A program made the translations under genes and the position numbers. This document shows, piece after piece, positions 32,533-42,598 of a stretch of DNA of 56,641 bases. The notes under the pieces were generated by a model. That model was not told the origin of the DNA and did no database searches. It worked only from the letters and a program-made list of their open reading frames with translations. Numbering within the stretch: the first letter of the stretch is position 1; the number at the start of each line of letters is the position of its first letter. The DNA is from a plasmid. The stretch is taken from sequence record OW849040.1. The stretch is one strand, 5' to 3'.

Positions 32533-35430
32533 CTAAGCTTTCGGTTCCTTGGGCCAAAGATATTCGCCAGTCAGTAGAATGTGCGCCCAGCCCAATGGGG
32601 ATATGTGGGGAAGAAATTCAGGGGGAACATCCAACCCTTCGTTCCGCCGCTCCGTGACGGCATGACCAAGATGGACGGTATTCCAGTAAATGATCACCGC
32701 AGTCAATAAATTGAGCCCAGCGATTCGGTAGTGCTGCCCCTCTGTCGTGCGATCGCGAATTTCCCCCTGCCTCCCGATACGGAGCGCATTTTTGAGCGCA
32801 TGGTGGGCCTCTCCCTTGTTAAGACCGATCTGAGCACGCCGCTGCATGTCCGTATCCAGGATCCACTCAATAATGAAAAGGGTCCGTTCAATACGACCAA
32901 CTTCACGAAGCGCAACTGCAAGGTTGTTTTGTCGTGGGTAAGAAGCGAGCTTGCGCAGGAGTTGGCTGGGCCTGATTTTGCCAGCGGTCATCGTCGCGGC
33001 ACAACGGAAAATATCAGGCCAGTTCGCAACGATAAGATCCTCCCGGGCTTTTCCACCTACCAACTTGCGTAACTCCCTGGGGGTCGTATCGGGATTAAAT
33101 ACGTACAACCGCTTCGATGGCAGATCCCTGATTCGCAGAACGAGATTGTAGCCGAGCAGGCTACTGGCTCCGAACAAATGGTCGGTGAATCCTGCTGTAT
33201 CGGCATACTGTTCGCGAACATGGCGACCGACCTCGTTCATCAGTAGTCCATCGAGAATATACGGTGCCTCGCTCACGGTCGCCGGGATCGACTGACAAGC
33301 GAATGGCGCGAACTGGTCGCTTACGTGAGTATACGCTTTGAGGCCGGGAACAGAACCATATTTGGCATTGACCATGTTCATGACTTCGCCATGCCGCGCT
33401 GTCGGGAAAAACTGACCATCGCTCGATGCTGACGTGCCCATCCCCCAGACGCGTGACATCGGCAGTTTACCCTGCGCGGCCACCACAATTGCCAATGCCT
33501 GGTTCATGGCTTCGCTTTCAACATGCCAGCGGGCAAGGCGTGAGAGCTGCCAGTAATCATGCGTGTTTGTAGCTTCCGCCATCTTACGCAGGCCCAGATT
33601 GAGCCCTTCAGCGAGCAGGACGTTGAGCAGACCGATCCGGTCGCGACATGGAGCCCCGGTTCTCAGATGGGTAAACGCATCTGTGAAACCAAGGGCTGCA
33701 TCAACTTCAAGCAGCATGTCGGTAATCCGAACGGACGGCATTCGGCGATACAGATCCAGTATGAGTGCCTCGGCACCATCCGGCACGTCTGCTGTCAACC
33801 TGTCGATCCGCAACGTTCCATCTTCTATGCTACCGTGCGGAATAGTGCCGTTACGGGCAGCCCGGGCCAGCCGCTTAAGAGCGATCGTGAGTCGCGCCTT
33901 TCTGTCTGCCAGCCAATCCTGTGGGTTGGAAGGCACGGCCAGTTTTGCATTTTCCTGCGCCGCGATCATCGGCACCAGTACCTGCTTGAGGTCACCATAG
34001 CGGCGCGAATGAGCGAGCCAGACATCTCCGGAACGAAAAGCATCCCGGAGGTGAAAGAGTACCGCCACTTCCCAAAGACGGGTATCTCCTTTTTCCTGAG
34101 CTCGTAAATGACGGTTCCATTTGGAGCTGGGCCGCAGGAAACGCCTTTCTGGCGATGCAACACCTTTCATCTCTCCGATCGACAAAGCTGCTGCTACCAA
34201 TGGTCCGGCGACCGGCGCGGCTTCGAGCTTCAGACAGCGCAACATGCGGGGCGCATAACGACGAAAGCGATGGTATCCCTGCCCGACATATGCAAGAGGC
34301 TCATCGGCTAGCGTGTTGCTGAGTTGAGTCCCTGTCGCTACCAGTTGAGCGAGCCGGTCCCATGCAACCGAACTGGCGACAGCCATCTCCAGCGGGGTTC
34401 CGTCACTGCGGGCCTCAAGCAACGAAGCTCCCAGCGCGGTGAAGGTACGGATCGTATCCGTGAGTGTGGCTTTAGAGCCGGAAATTGTTTCGTCATGCTG
34501 GCGCTTCGCTTCCCGCCAGGTTTTTCCTACGATCCTGTCATGGGTTTCGACTATGGCATCAGCAATCGCCGCTTCCCACTCCACAACACAGACGGCAAGG
34601 ATCGCCCAGCGGCGGTCCGAAGTGATGTCACGCAAACCGTCGGTGAAGTAGCGTTCACCCTGCCGACGCAGCCGGGCAATGCGATGGGCAGGTATGCTGG
34701 CCAAAGCACTATGATTGATATTCAGGGTACGCAGAAATTCGAGCCTGTCGAGCAAACGGTTAGCAGCAGCCGAGTTGTTACCAACCTCGAAGTTGCGAAG
34801 CCAGATGAAACGACTGATATTGCCGGCGAGCATTTCACTCAGAAGTTTGTCCAGGTGATCGCGAACATCCGCTGTTAAATTTTCCGCAATCCGCGTTTCA
34901 ATCCGCCGCTCAGCGGCGACCAGAGCATCCGCGCACAAGCGCTCGATTGTCGATACTGCGGGCAGAATGGTGGAAGTTTCCCGACACCGCACAATAAAAC
35001 GATGAGCAAGATCCTCGTTTGATCTGGCATCTTCGGCCTGGCCGAAAGTCCACTCCCGCAGATCACGGGCACCACGGCCCGTGAAGGTCTTGTAGCCGTA
35101 AATTTCGCGCAGCGTGTCCATGTGCTGCTGACGGGTTTGGCGCCGTGTGGCATAAGTGAGAAGCGCATCAGCCGGAACTCCAAGCTGAGCACCGACGAAG
35201 GAAAGGACTTCACGCGGGATCATCTCACCAGGAGCCAGTGCACGGCCCGGATATCGTAAGGCACAAAGTTGCAGGGCAAAGCCAATCCTGTTTTCCGGTC
35301 TGCGGCGCTGCCTAATGTTTTCCAGGTCATCATCGCCCAGCGTGTAGAACTTCAGTAGCGACAGTTCGTCCGTGGGCAGATCGAACAGCGCTGCTCGCTG
35401 CCGTTCGGTGAAAATATGGCGTCGTGACAT
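32533..35430 (-). CDS. tnpA: Tn5403-like transposase TnpA
   Basis: 965 aa MSRRHIFTERQRAALFDLPTDELSLLKFYTLGDDDLENIRQRR... Tn3-family DDE transposase. Stop inside the IR. Confidence 0.85.
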   Translation of the reverse strand: MSRRHIFTERQRAALFDLPTDELSLLKFYTLGDDDLENIRQRRRPENRIGFALQLCALRYPGRALAPGEMIPREVLSFVGAQLGVPADALLTYATRRQTRQQHMDTLREIYGYKTFTGRGARDLREWTFGQAEDARSNEDLAHRFIVRCRETSTILPAVSTIERLCADALVAAERRIETRIAENLTADVRDHLDKLLSEMLAGNISRFIWLRNFEVGNNSAAANRLLDRLEFLRTLNINHSALASIPAHRIARLRRQGERYFTDGLRDITSDRRWAILAVCVVEWEAAIADAIVETHDRIVGKTWREAKRQHDETISGSKATLTDTIRTFTALGASLLEARSDGTPLEMAVASSVAWDRLAQLVATGTQLSNTLADEPLAYVGQGYHRFRRYAPRMLRCLKLEAAPVAGPLVAAALSIGEMKGVASPERRFLRPSSKWNRHLRAQEKGDTRLWEVAVLFHLRDAFRSGDVWLAHSRRYGDLKQVLVPMIAAQENAKLAVPSNPQDWLADRKARLTIALKRLARAARNGTIPHGSIEDGTLRIDRLTADVPDGAEALILDLYRRMPSVRITDMLLEVDAALGFTDAFTHLRTGAPCRDRIGLLNVLLAEGLNLGLRKMAEATNTHDYWQLSRLARWHVESEAMNQALAIVVAAQGKLPMSRVWGMGTSASSDGQFFPTARHGEVMNMVNAKYGSVPGLKAYTHVSDQFAPFACQSIPATVSEAPYILDGLLMNEVGRHVREQYADTAGFTDHLFGASSLLGYNLVLRIRDLPSKRLYVFNPDTTPRELRKLVGGKAREDLIVANWPDIFRCAATMTAGKIRPSQLLRKLASYPRQNNLAVALREVGRIERTLFIIEWILDTDMQRRAQIGLNKGEAHHALKNALRIGRQGEIRDRTTEGQHYRIAGLNLLTAVIIYWNTVHLGHAVTERRNEGLDVPPEFLPHISPLGWAHILLTGEYLWPKEPKA

Positions 35431-35524
35431 ACAAATTCGTCCCTTTTGAAGTATAGTCTGTTTTGGACAACAGCCAGCCCATATAAATCAGGGCGTTCCG
35501 ATACAAAAATCCAGGAGGGTTCAA

Positions 35525-36130
35525 TTGGGACATCGTGCCGCCATTTACTGCCGGGTTTCAACAGCGGATCAGTCTTGTGAACGCCAGGAATTTGATCTGC
35601 GAGCCTTCGCCGGCCGTGCCGGCTACGACGTGGTGGGAATATTTAAGGAAACAGGTTCAGGAACTAAACTCGACCGGGCCGAGCGAAAGAAAGTCCTGGC
35701 GCTTGCCCAGTCCAGACAAATTGATGCAATCCTGGTCACTGAGCTTTCCCGGTGGGGGCGCTCGACGCTCGATCTGCTCAATACGCTACGTGAACTGGAG
35801 AACTGGAAGGTTTCCGTGATAGCCATGAATGGAATGGCGTTCGATCTTTCGTCGCCGTATGGACGAATGCTGGCGACGTTTCTTTCCGGCATTGCGGAGT
35901 TTGAGCGGGATCTCATCAGCGAGCGGGTCAAGTCAGGCCTTGCTGTTGCGAAGGCACGTGGTAAGAGGCTTGGTCGTCAGGCCGGAGTGCGACCAAAATC
36001 AGACCGACTTTTGCCTAAGGTGGTTGCGATGAGGGCCGAGGGACGCAGCTATCGCTGGATCGCACGCGAGCTCGGTATCAGCAAGAATACCGTCGCTGAC
36101 ATCGTGCAACGACACAGAGCTAACGCTTAG
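35525..36130 (+). CDS. tnpR: Tn5403-like resolvase TnpR
   Basis: 201 aa AIYCRVSTADQS serine recombinase, divergent from tnpA with the res region 35431-35524. Stop inside the right IR. Confidence 0.85.
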   Translation: MGHRAAIYCRVSTADQSCERQEFDLRAFAGRAGYDVVGIFKETGSGTKLDRAERKKVLALAQSRQIDAILVTELSRWGRSTLDLLNTLRELENWKVSVIAMNGMAFDLSSPYGRMLATFLSGIAEFERDLISERVKSGLAVAKARGKRLGRQAGVRPKSDRLLPKVVAMRAEGRSYRWIARELGISKNTVADIVQRHRANA

Positions 36131-36163
36131 GGTGTCATTTCGCCCTCAGCCGGAACCGACCCC

Positions 36164-36550
36164 TACATTGATGATGAAGAATATCGTCGCAGGATACTGA
36201 CTCAGCTTAACCGGGGAGAAGGCCGTCACGCCGTGGCAAGGGCGATCTGTTACGGCCAACGTGGTGAGATTAGAAAACGTTACCGTGAGGGGCAGGAGGA
36301 TCAACTGGGTGCGCTGGGGCTTGTCACTAACGCAGTTGTATTGTGGAACACGCTTTATATGCAGGAAGCGCTATCACATTTGCGCAGCGCTGGTGAGATC
36401 CCGGAAGACGAGCATATCTCACGCCTGTCGCCACTGATGTACGGTCATATCAACATGCTGGGACATTATACGTTCACGCTGCCGGAAAATATTCTGAAGG
36501 GAGAGTTGAGGCCATTAAATTTCAATTCAAACAATGAATTATTGCCTTAA
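36164..36550 (+). pseudogene. C-terminal 128 codons of the interrupted Tn3/gamma-delta-like tnpA, ending inside the right-hand IR at 36546-36583
   Basis: About 80 percent identical by eye to the Tn3 TnpA C-terminus (YIDDEDYRRRILTQLNRGE...HINMLGHY). Confidence 0.7.
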
Positions 36551-36559
36551 CGTGGTTTT

Positions 36560-36925
36560 TTACACGATTGAACCTCGAACCCCTATATCGGCTAAAGCAC
36601 TCCGGTAGCTTGATTCACCCCACGGCCACGGCAGGATCTTGGCCGTCGCAAGCGCCAGGGGAAAATCTTCAGCTGCAAGCCTGAGTGATTTCATGTGCGT
36701 GTAATCCATCGCCCAGATGATTTTTGTGAAGAAGAACTCGCGCTCGTTCATGTCCGGGCGCGCGTCCTGGCCCTCCGTGCCAACGGCCAGCAAGTAATCG
36801 GCCTGAATTGGCAGTATCAGCGCGCGTAGTAAGTCATGGATCGCCGGTTGCGGCAGTCTGCGCGCCAGATTAATTACCCGGTCGAACTTCAGTTTATCCT
36901 GCTTGCGCTTGTCGGTCTGCTCCAT
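36560..36925 (-). pseudogene. fipA: 5-prime 114 codons of the split backbone gene (fipA candidate) fused to 7 IR-encoded codons. Translationally coupled to traI (shared ATGA)
   Basis: See 22889-23178. The tail GVRGSIV* is encoded by the transposon IR. Confidence 0.5.
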
Positions 36926-39900
36926 CAGATTTCATGGCCCCCTTCTTCATGCTCATGCTCATGGGTGTGTTCTTTTCCGGTATGGCTCTGTTCCGCCTGA
37001 GACGTCTGCGGCATGGCGTAATCGTCGTAAATGCTGCTGTCAAAGTCGTAGTCTGATGCTTCGGCATAATGCTCGTAATCGGCATACTCCTGCGCGCTCC
37101 ACTGCTGATCGTCGGCAGCAGCATAATCATGGGCCAGTTCTGCATCATTTTGCTGTGCTTCATGACGCCGCAGGCCAACGGAATCATCCATAGGGTTCTG
37201 CTTAAGATGAAAGGCGTCCTCTGCGTTGCTCACCGGCTGATAATCAGTGCCGGTTGTCATGTTATGTTCATCGGGTTTCTGGTTAAACGCCATGCTTTCC
37301 CCCGTGGCTTCTGGCAGACCTTTTTCAGCTGATCGGGTTTCTAAACTGGTATCGCGGCCAATATCCTTAAACCTGGCCTCAAGCCCAAAGAAACGGTCAA
37401 TTTCTGCGGCCGTGGTTTTCGGGCTGTCGCGGCTCACGCTCGATGCCAAAGATTTTTTATCGTCGGTAAAAATTTCCACCTCATGACGCGCACGCGAAAT
37501 ACCAACATAAAAAACGTCCTTAGAAGTGGTAAGCGATTTGGTATCTATGTTGAACAACACGCGATCACAGGTAAGCCCCTGGGATTTGTGGACGGTGGTT
37601 GCATAAGCATAGGAAAGATAAGAAGCCTGTTTTTTGTCCAGCTCAACCGTGCGCCCTTTTTTGTCCTCAAGCGTCAGTTTTTCACCCTCCACGGTTTTCA
37701 CCGTGAAGCGGTCGCCGTTGGCAACGTCCAGCGTTTTATCGTTACGCGTTACCATGACCTTATCGCCCGGCGCCAGTTCGGCGCTGACTGCCTGGTATAC
37801 AGACAGCTTGGTGTGTGTACGCGGGCTGAAAGCGATCTGCTCACCGCTGCTGCTTTCAACCGTCAATTTGTTGCCCGGCCCGGTATCAAGAACCTGGTAA
37901 GACTCGCCCCGCTTCATACCATTTTTGTAATCCTGTTCGGGGATAATGATTTGCCCTTTACTGAAATAACGGCTGTCGCGGCGTTCCGCCTGTGTCGAAT
38001 CCACGCGGTCAAGTAGCGTGAACGTTTCGCCGGTTCCGGCAAGCCCCAGATTGCCCCGGATGTAGTCATTGAGGGTTTTGCGTGAGGCGTTCGTACCAGA
38101 GATTATCAGGGTGGCATCCTGTTGTTCTGAGGACAGAGACAGGTAGCGATCGGCAAGTTGAGCGAGTCGGGGCGCTTCTTCCTTCAGTTCGTTCACGCCG
38201 GTGATATTTTTCAGGGCGCGCGCGGCATTACCTTCAGCGGCATACTTAACCGCCTCAAGCAAAACTTCATTCTTCTGTCGCTGAATGTCTTTCATGTAGC
38301 TGGTCTGCATACCTGCTTTAATCAGCTGCTCAAAAGGCTTACCGGCTTCTACCGCTTTCGTCTGTGACGTATCCCCCAGGAATACCGCGCGAGCGTTATG
38401 CTTCTCGATCACCTCCATCAGCTGTTTCATCTGCCGGGCGGGTATAACCCCGGCTTCATCAATGAATACGACTGATTTTTCATCCAGCTTTTTATCCTTC
38501 GCTTTGAGGAAGGCGGCAACGGTGCGGGCCGGTAATCCATCATCTTCAAGCGCTTTTTTCTGTGTCCCATAGGGGGCCAGCGCCGTGACCTTCAGCCCTT
38601 GTGACTCCAGCAGCTCTTTAGCGGCCATCGTCATATAGCTTTTACCGGTACCGGCGTAACCATGTGCGGCCACAAAACGATCTTTGCTCGTCACAATTTC
38701 TGTAACTGCGCGCATCTGCTCATTCTTGAGGGTTTTCCCGGCGAGCAGCTGGCCTGCAATCTCTGCGGTCAGCTGTCGCGGCATCTGCCCCCGGCCGCGT
38801 GATTCGATAGTCAGAATGGAACGCTCAAGGCGAATACCCTCCACGGTAGTGACGCGGTGGCTGGTCTTTTTAAGCCTGCCGTTTTTAATACCATCATCTA
38901 CCGCAAAACGGGCTTTATCCGCACGCATCCCGCTATTCGTCAGCGAGTCGATCCACTCTTTGCGCGTCAGAGTTTCGGCCATAACTGAAGCACCGACCTT
39001 CAGCGTTGATTGATACCGGGCTTCGCCCTCGATGATGGCGCCCTTCTGTACCGCCTTCAGGTACGCTTTTTCAACATCGGCCATTGTGGCATGGCCCAGC
39101 ACCTGCTTATTAGCGATCTGAATCAGCTTCTGGCGTTCAAAGCTGGCATCGCGCTCTGACAGCGACTTAACTGCAAACTGGATAGCCCGGTCAGCTTTAA
39201 CCTCAGGGCTGGTAAAATCCGGGGCCATGTTGCGCGCAATATCAGCCTCCAGAGGTTTACCGTGTCCCTGCCATTCACGGTTATCAAAATCAATGCCTAG
39301 CGTTTTGGCGCGGCTGGCCCATTCCTGGTGAATTTCTTCACGGGAATGCTCTGTTTTCTTTTCACGCGTCGCCATCGAGACGCGGCTTTTCGTCTGAGCA
39401 TCGGCGGTTTCCCGCGTCAGGCCCATTGCAGCGAGTCCCTTTTCAATTTGCTCCGACCGGCGGGAAAAAGCGCGAATCTGTTCGTCTGAAAAATGGGCCA
39501 TATCGAACGTGTTATTTTTGCTGTTGTAACGCAGCTCATAACCGGCTTTGGTCAACTCCAGCGCCAGCTCCTGTTTGTAAACATCGCCCAGGTGCATTTT
39601 GTTACGCATCAGCTCATCATTTTTGAGCGCGCGCCACTGGCCGTCCTCGCGCTGGGTCATGTTCATGACAAAAGCGTGGGTGTGCAAATCAGGATCTAGC
39701 GCCCTGGACGTTTCGTGGCGAAAAGTAGCGACGACAAGGTTATTGGTATTCTGGGTTACTGATTTCCCCTGGCGAGTCGTCCGGGCCTGCGCGAGTTTTT
39801 CAGCTTCACGCACAGCAGCGGCAACAGCTTTTTCATGAGCCTCGATAATGGTTTTATCGCCGTGTATCAGCGCCTGCATGGATACCCCTTTAGGCGCTGA

Positions 39901-40161
39901 AAACGTCAGGTCGTAGCCCAGACGCTCTTTTTTGGCATCACCCACGTGTCGCTGCATATGCGTGAAGGTATCTATCTCTCCGACAAGCAGCTCTTTAAAC
40001 CGGGCTGATTCAACGTCCCCGGATAAGCCGAGGGCTTCAGCTCCGGTTCCCTGCCAGGACGTGAATGATGAATCCTTACTGTAGTAATCATCCTTTGCAT
40101 CAGAGTAGTAGCCCACAACGCTAGTGACGTTCTGGCGGGTAATCGTGGTTATATCAAGCAT
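36925..40161 (-). CDS. traI: MOBF relaxase-helicase (TrwC family, pKM101 TraI-like)
   Basis: 1078 aa. N-terminal relaxase with HxH-type histidines (DPDLHTHAFV). Helicase Walker A GYAGTGKS. Acidic His/Glu-rich tail. Confidence 0.85.
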   Translation of the reverse strand: MLDITTITRQNVTSVVGYYSDAKDDYYSKDSSFTSWQGTGAEALGLSGDVESARFKELLVGEIDTFTHMQRHVGDAKKERLGYDLTFSAPKGVSMQALIHGDKTIIEAHEKAVAAAVREAEKLAQARTTRQGKSVTQNTNNLVVATFRHETSRALDPDLHTHAFVMNMTQREDGQWRALKNDELMRNKMHLGDVYKQELALELTKAGYELRYNSKNNTFDMAHFSDEQIRAFSRRSEQIEKGLAAMGLTRETADAQTKSRVSMATREKKTEHSREEIHQEWASRAKTLGIDFDNREWQGHGKPLEADIARNMAPDFTSPEVKADRAIQFAVKSLSERDASFERQKLIQIANKQVLGHATMADVEKAYLKAVQKGAIIEGEARYQSTLKVGASVMAETLTRKEWIDSLTNSGMRADKARFAVDDGIKNGRLKKTSHRVTTVEGIRLERSILTIESRGRGQMPRQLTAEIAGQLLAGKTLKNEQMRAVTEIVTSKDRFVAAHGYAGTGKSYMTMAAKELLESQGLKVTALAPYGTQKKALEDDGLPARTVAAFLKAKDKKLDEKSVVFIDEAGVIPARQMKQLMEVIEKHNARAVFLGDTSQTKAVEAGKPFEQLIKAGMQTSYMKDIQRQKNEVLLEAVKYAAEGNAARALKNITGVNELKEEAPRLAQLADRYLSLSSEQQDATLIISGTNASRKTLNDYIRGNLGLAGTGETFTLLDRVDSTQAERRDSRYFSKGQIIIPEQDYKNGMKRGESYQVLDTGPGNKLTVESSSGEQIAFSPRTHTKLSVYQAVSAELAPGDKVMVTRNDKTLDVANGDRFTVKTVEGEKLTLEDKKGRTVELDKKQASYLSYAYATTVHKSQGLTCDRVLFNIDTKSLTTSKDVFYVGISRARHEVEIFTDDKKSLASSVSRDSPKTTAAEIDRFFGLEARFKDIGRDTSLETRSAEKGLPEATGESMAFNQKPDEHNMTTGTDYQPVSNAEDAFHLKQNPMDDSVGLRRHEAQQNDAELAHDYAAADDQQWSAQEYADYEHYAEASDYDFDSSIYDDYAMPQTSQAEQSHTGKEHTHEHEHEEGGHEI

Positions 40162-41690
40162 CAGATCTCCCTCAGTTCAATGCCAGGAACAGGGTTTTTG
40201 CGATGGTATTTAACGTGTTTAGCCTTGAACTTAGCGACGGGCATATCACCAGGCAACGCCAGATAGCCGGTGAGGTTTGGCAACATTGATATTTCGGTAG
40301 GCGTTACGGCACGAACAACTTTAACGTCGCGGCGTTTACGGACAATCCAGGGCTTCTGAGGATCGGATTCTTTACGCTCAACTTCGCCTTCTATCTCACC
40401 GAGTGAGCGCGACATTTGATCCAACGTTTCATCACCGAGACGGCTGCCGCCCAGCACGATGTTAGAACGCATGTTAGCCAGAATTGTCTGAGCCATATCC
40501 CGACCATAAACCTTAACCAGCTGAGAATAGGTTTGATAGCCAGCATAAACACACAGACCGCTTTTACGCCCTTTGGTCAGTGCATCGTTGAGGTTTGGCA
40601 GAAACTGGAGTGATTCCAGCTCGTCAATAAATACATTAATGCGGCTTTCTTTTTCACCCATACCCAGCACGATAGAAAAAATCGAATCCAGCCAGCAGGA
40701 AATTAGCGGATTAAGTGACCTTTTCATTTCTTCCTGCCAGGTGATAAACAGGGTTCCCGGCTTTCCATCATCAAGCCAGTCACGCAGGGAAAAATTACCT
40801 TCCGGCATTTTCAAATGTGGGGCAAGATTCTTACTGAGAACAAATCGCGCGCTTCCAACTGCTTTTTCAGACCCGGAAAAAATAGCTTCGGCAGGCGTCC
40901 CCATTAAAAATTCTTTTAATTTTTTCTGGTCAACGTTACAGGCCCAGTGAATAACTTCTTCCATAGTTACTGTGCTATATAGGCTGTGAAGTTTTTTCGA
41001 AACTTCACTAAAAATAAGACGGCCATAGCCGAACCATTCTTCAGTAGCCATATCAGGGCTTTCCTGAACAATAGAGTTCACTAAGCGCTCGTAATCATAT
41101 GAACGGCGAATTTCATTGAAAAACACCCAGCCTTCAGTGCGTTTATCATAGGCGTTTAAAATAACATCGCCGGGACGATAGAAATTCTTTAAGAAGCCCC
41201 CATTTGGATCTAAAGCAATATTTTTGCCGCCTCTAATGATGCTCTTAAATAACAGTTCATTGAAAATTGTGGTTTTACCAGTACCGGTTGTACCGGCAAT
41301 CGAAAAATGCAAGTTCTCAGCGTATGTAGGTATGGGGATATTAGCCACGGTTAACTGGTTGACACCTCTTTCGCGTGTTTTATCAGCGAGTGTTCTGGCG
41401 CGAACAAGCTCTGTACCACGATAAATCTTTTTGAATCTTTCGCCTTTAAACACGCGTGATTTATCATAAATGATAAAAGCGATCAGACCGCCAACACCAA
41501 TAAACCAGCCAGCAATTAAAGCTGACCATAAAGGCCATAGCGAAAAAGTATTCTTAACCAGATACGGAATCAGGTATTTAGCCGTGGATGGATCAATACC
41601 GTAGGTAAATTTTGCAACTAGAAACCATACCATCACTGGAGGCAAAGTAATTGCAAATAAAAATGCTAAGCCTCTTTCTCTATCGTCCAT
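40161..41690 (-). CDS. traJ: Type IV coupling protein (VirD4/TrwB family, pKM101 TraJ-like)
   Basis: Start MDDRERG behind GGAG RBS. N-terminal TM helices, Walker A GTTGTGKT. The ORF track extends to 41738 into traK. Confidence 0.85.
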   Translation of the reverse strand: MDDRERGLAFLFAITLPPVMVWFLVAKFTYGIDPSTAKYLIPYLVKNTFSLWPLWSALIAGWFIGVGGLIAFIIYDKSRVFKGERFKKIYRGTELVRARTLADKTRERGVNQLTVANIPIPTYAENLHFSIAGTTGTGKTTIFNELLFKSIIRGGKNIALDPNGGFLKNFYRPGDVILNAYDKRTEGWVFFNEIRRSYDYERLVNSIVQESPDMATEEWFGYGRLIFSEVSKKLHSLYSTVTMEEVIHWACNVDQKKLKEFLMGTPAEAIFSGSEKAVGSARFVLSKNLAPHLKMPEGNFSLRDWLDDGKPGTLFITWQEEMKRSLNPLISCWLDSIFSIVLGMGEKESRINVFIDELESLQFLPNLNDALTKGRKSGLCVYAGYQTYSQLVKVYGRDMAQTILANMRSNIVLGGSRLGDETLDQMSRSLGEIEGEVERKESDPQKPWIVRKRRDVKVVRAVTPTEISMLPNLTGYLALPGDMPVAKFKAKHVKYHRKNPVPGIELREI

Positions 41691-41691
41691 T

Positions 41692-42108
41692 TCAGCGCTC
41701 CTTTTTTGGTTCCCAGACTTTGTAGCCGTTACGTTCAACCTCTGCTTTTGCCGCTTTGGTTTTGCCCGGTTCTGCTATCGAGCGCAGGAGGATTAGCGTT
41801 TCAATAGCGAGTGATTCATGCAACATCATCTGTCCTGCCGGTGGGAATTTTACGCCAGATAGCGTTTCGGTTATTGCCTTCAGCTCATCGCGCAGTGGGC
41901 CAAAATCCGCATCTGAAGCACGGTCAAAAAGATAATCCAGTTTGCGATTTACGTCGCTCAGCCGGTCGGCAACTATTTTCAACCCGGACTCCCGATCACC
42001 TGGGCCAGCTTCAATGCAGCGCCGCAGATAATCTGACCGATTACCTCCTGAAACCAGGTCTATATAGGCCAAAAGTTCATCTGATACTTTTGCGGTTATT
42101 ATTGGCAT
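41692..42108 (-). CDS. traK: Relaxosome accessory protein (TrwA/TraK-like, RHH)
   Basis: 138 aa, adjacent to oriT-like AT-rich region, upstream of the coupling protein gene. Confidence 0.65.
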   Translation of the reverse strand: MPIITAKVSDELLAYIDLVSGGNRSDYLRRCIEAGPGDRESGLKIVADRLSDVNRKLDYLFDRASDADFGPLRDELKAITETLSGVKFPPAGQMMLHESLAIETLILLRSIAEPGKTKAAKAEVERNGYKVWEPKKER

Positions 42109-42440
42109 TCAGTCCTCACATTGTGCATTTTTTAAACAAAAAATTGGGATCTAACAAGCTGAAATCTTAGTATTACCAAAGTAATAAAGCAAACTCATTA
42201 TAAAACAATGAGTTATTGGGTGTTTTTAATACCTAATTATTACCGAATATTGTTGCTATTTATTTTTTTATCTTTTAAATCAGTATGATAGCGTGATTTA
42301 TCGCGCTGCGTTAGGTGTATAGCAGGTTAAGGGATAAAAAATCATCTTTTTTGGTAGGGGCGATCTACGTAGGTTAAGGACTAACTGGCTAAAAAGCGTT
42401 CAATATTCCGTATTCATGCTTGCATGAATACCAGTACAAC
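42109..42440. other. Putative oriT region: AT-rich, inverted repeats AAACTCATT-N7-AATGAGTT (42194-42218) and GTATTCATGC-TT-GCATGAATAC (42408-42432)
   Basis: Position between traK and stbA as in R388/pKM101-type plasmids. The nic site could not be assigned. Confidence 0.45.
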
Positions 42441-42595
42441 AAAAGTACATCAAAATTACATCAAAATTACATCACTTGAAGGTTGACAGTACAACAAAAT
42501 TACATCATTCTTTGGTCATGAGGTAGCCAGTACAACAAAAGTACATCAAAAGTACATCAAAATTACATCAAAATTACATCATTCTAAATGAGGGT
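42425..42595 (+). promoter_or_regulatory. Two arrays of tandem 9-bp repeats (TACATCAAA[A/G]) upstream of stbA, likely StbA binding sites / stbA promoter
   Basis: agtacaacaaaagtacatcaaaattacatcaaaattacatca repeated twice with a shorter middle copy, read directly. Confidence 0.6.
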
Positions 42596-42598
42596 ACT

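Larger units (their letters stand above)
32500..36163 (-). mobile_element. Tn5403-like cryptic Tn3-family transposon (3664 bp: tnpA, res, tnpR only), 38-bp IRs GGGGTCGGTTCCGGCTGAGGGCGAAATGACACCCTAAG, 5-bp TSD TACAT
   Basis: IRs at 32500-32537 and 36126-36163 (exact inverse). TACAT at 32495-32499 and 36164-36168. Size matches the 3.66-kb Tn5403 as remembered. Confidence 0.8.

Noticed and set aside
37069-40950. Numerous plus-strand ORFs of 65-177 aa inside traI and traJ
   Set aside because: All are antisense to the long relaxase and coupling-protein genes.
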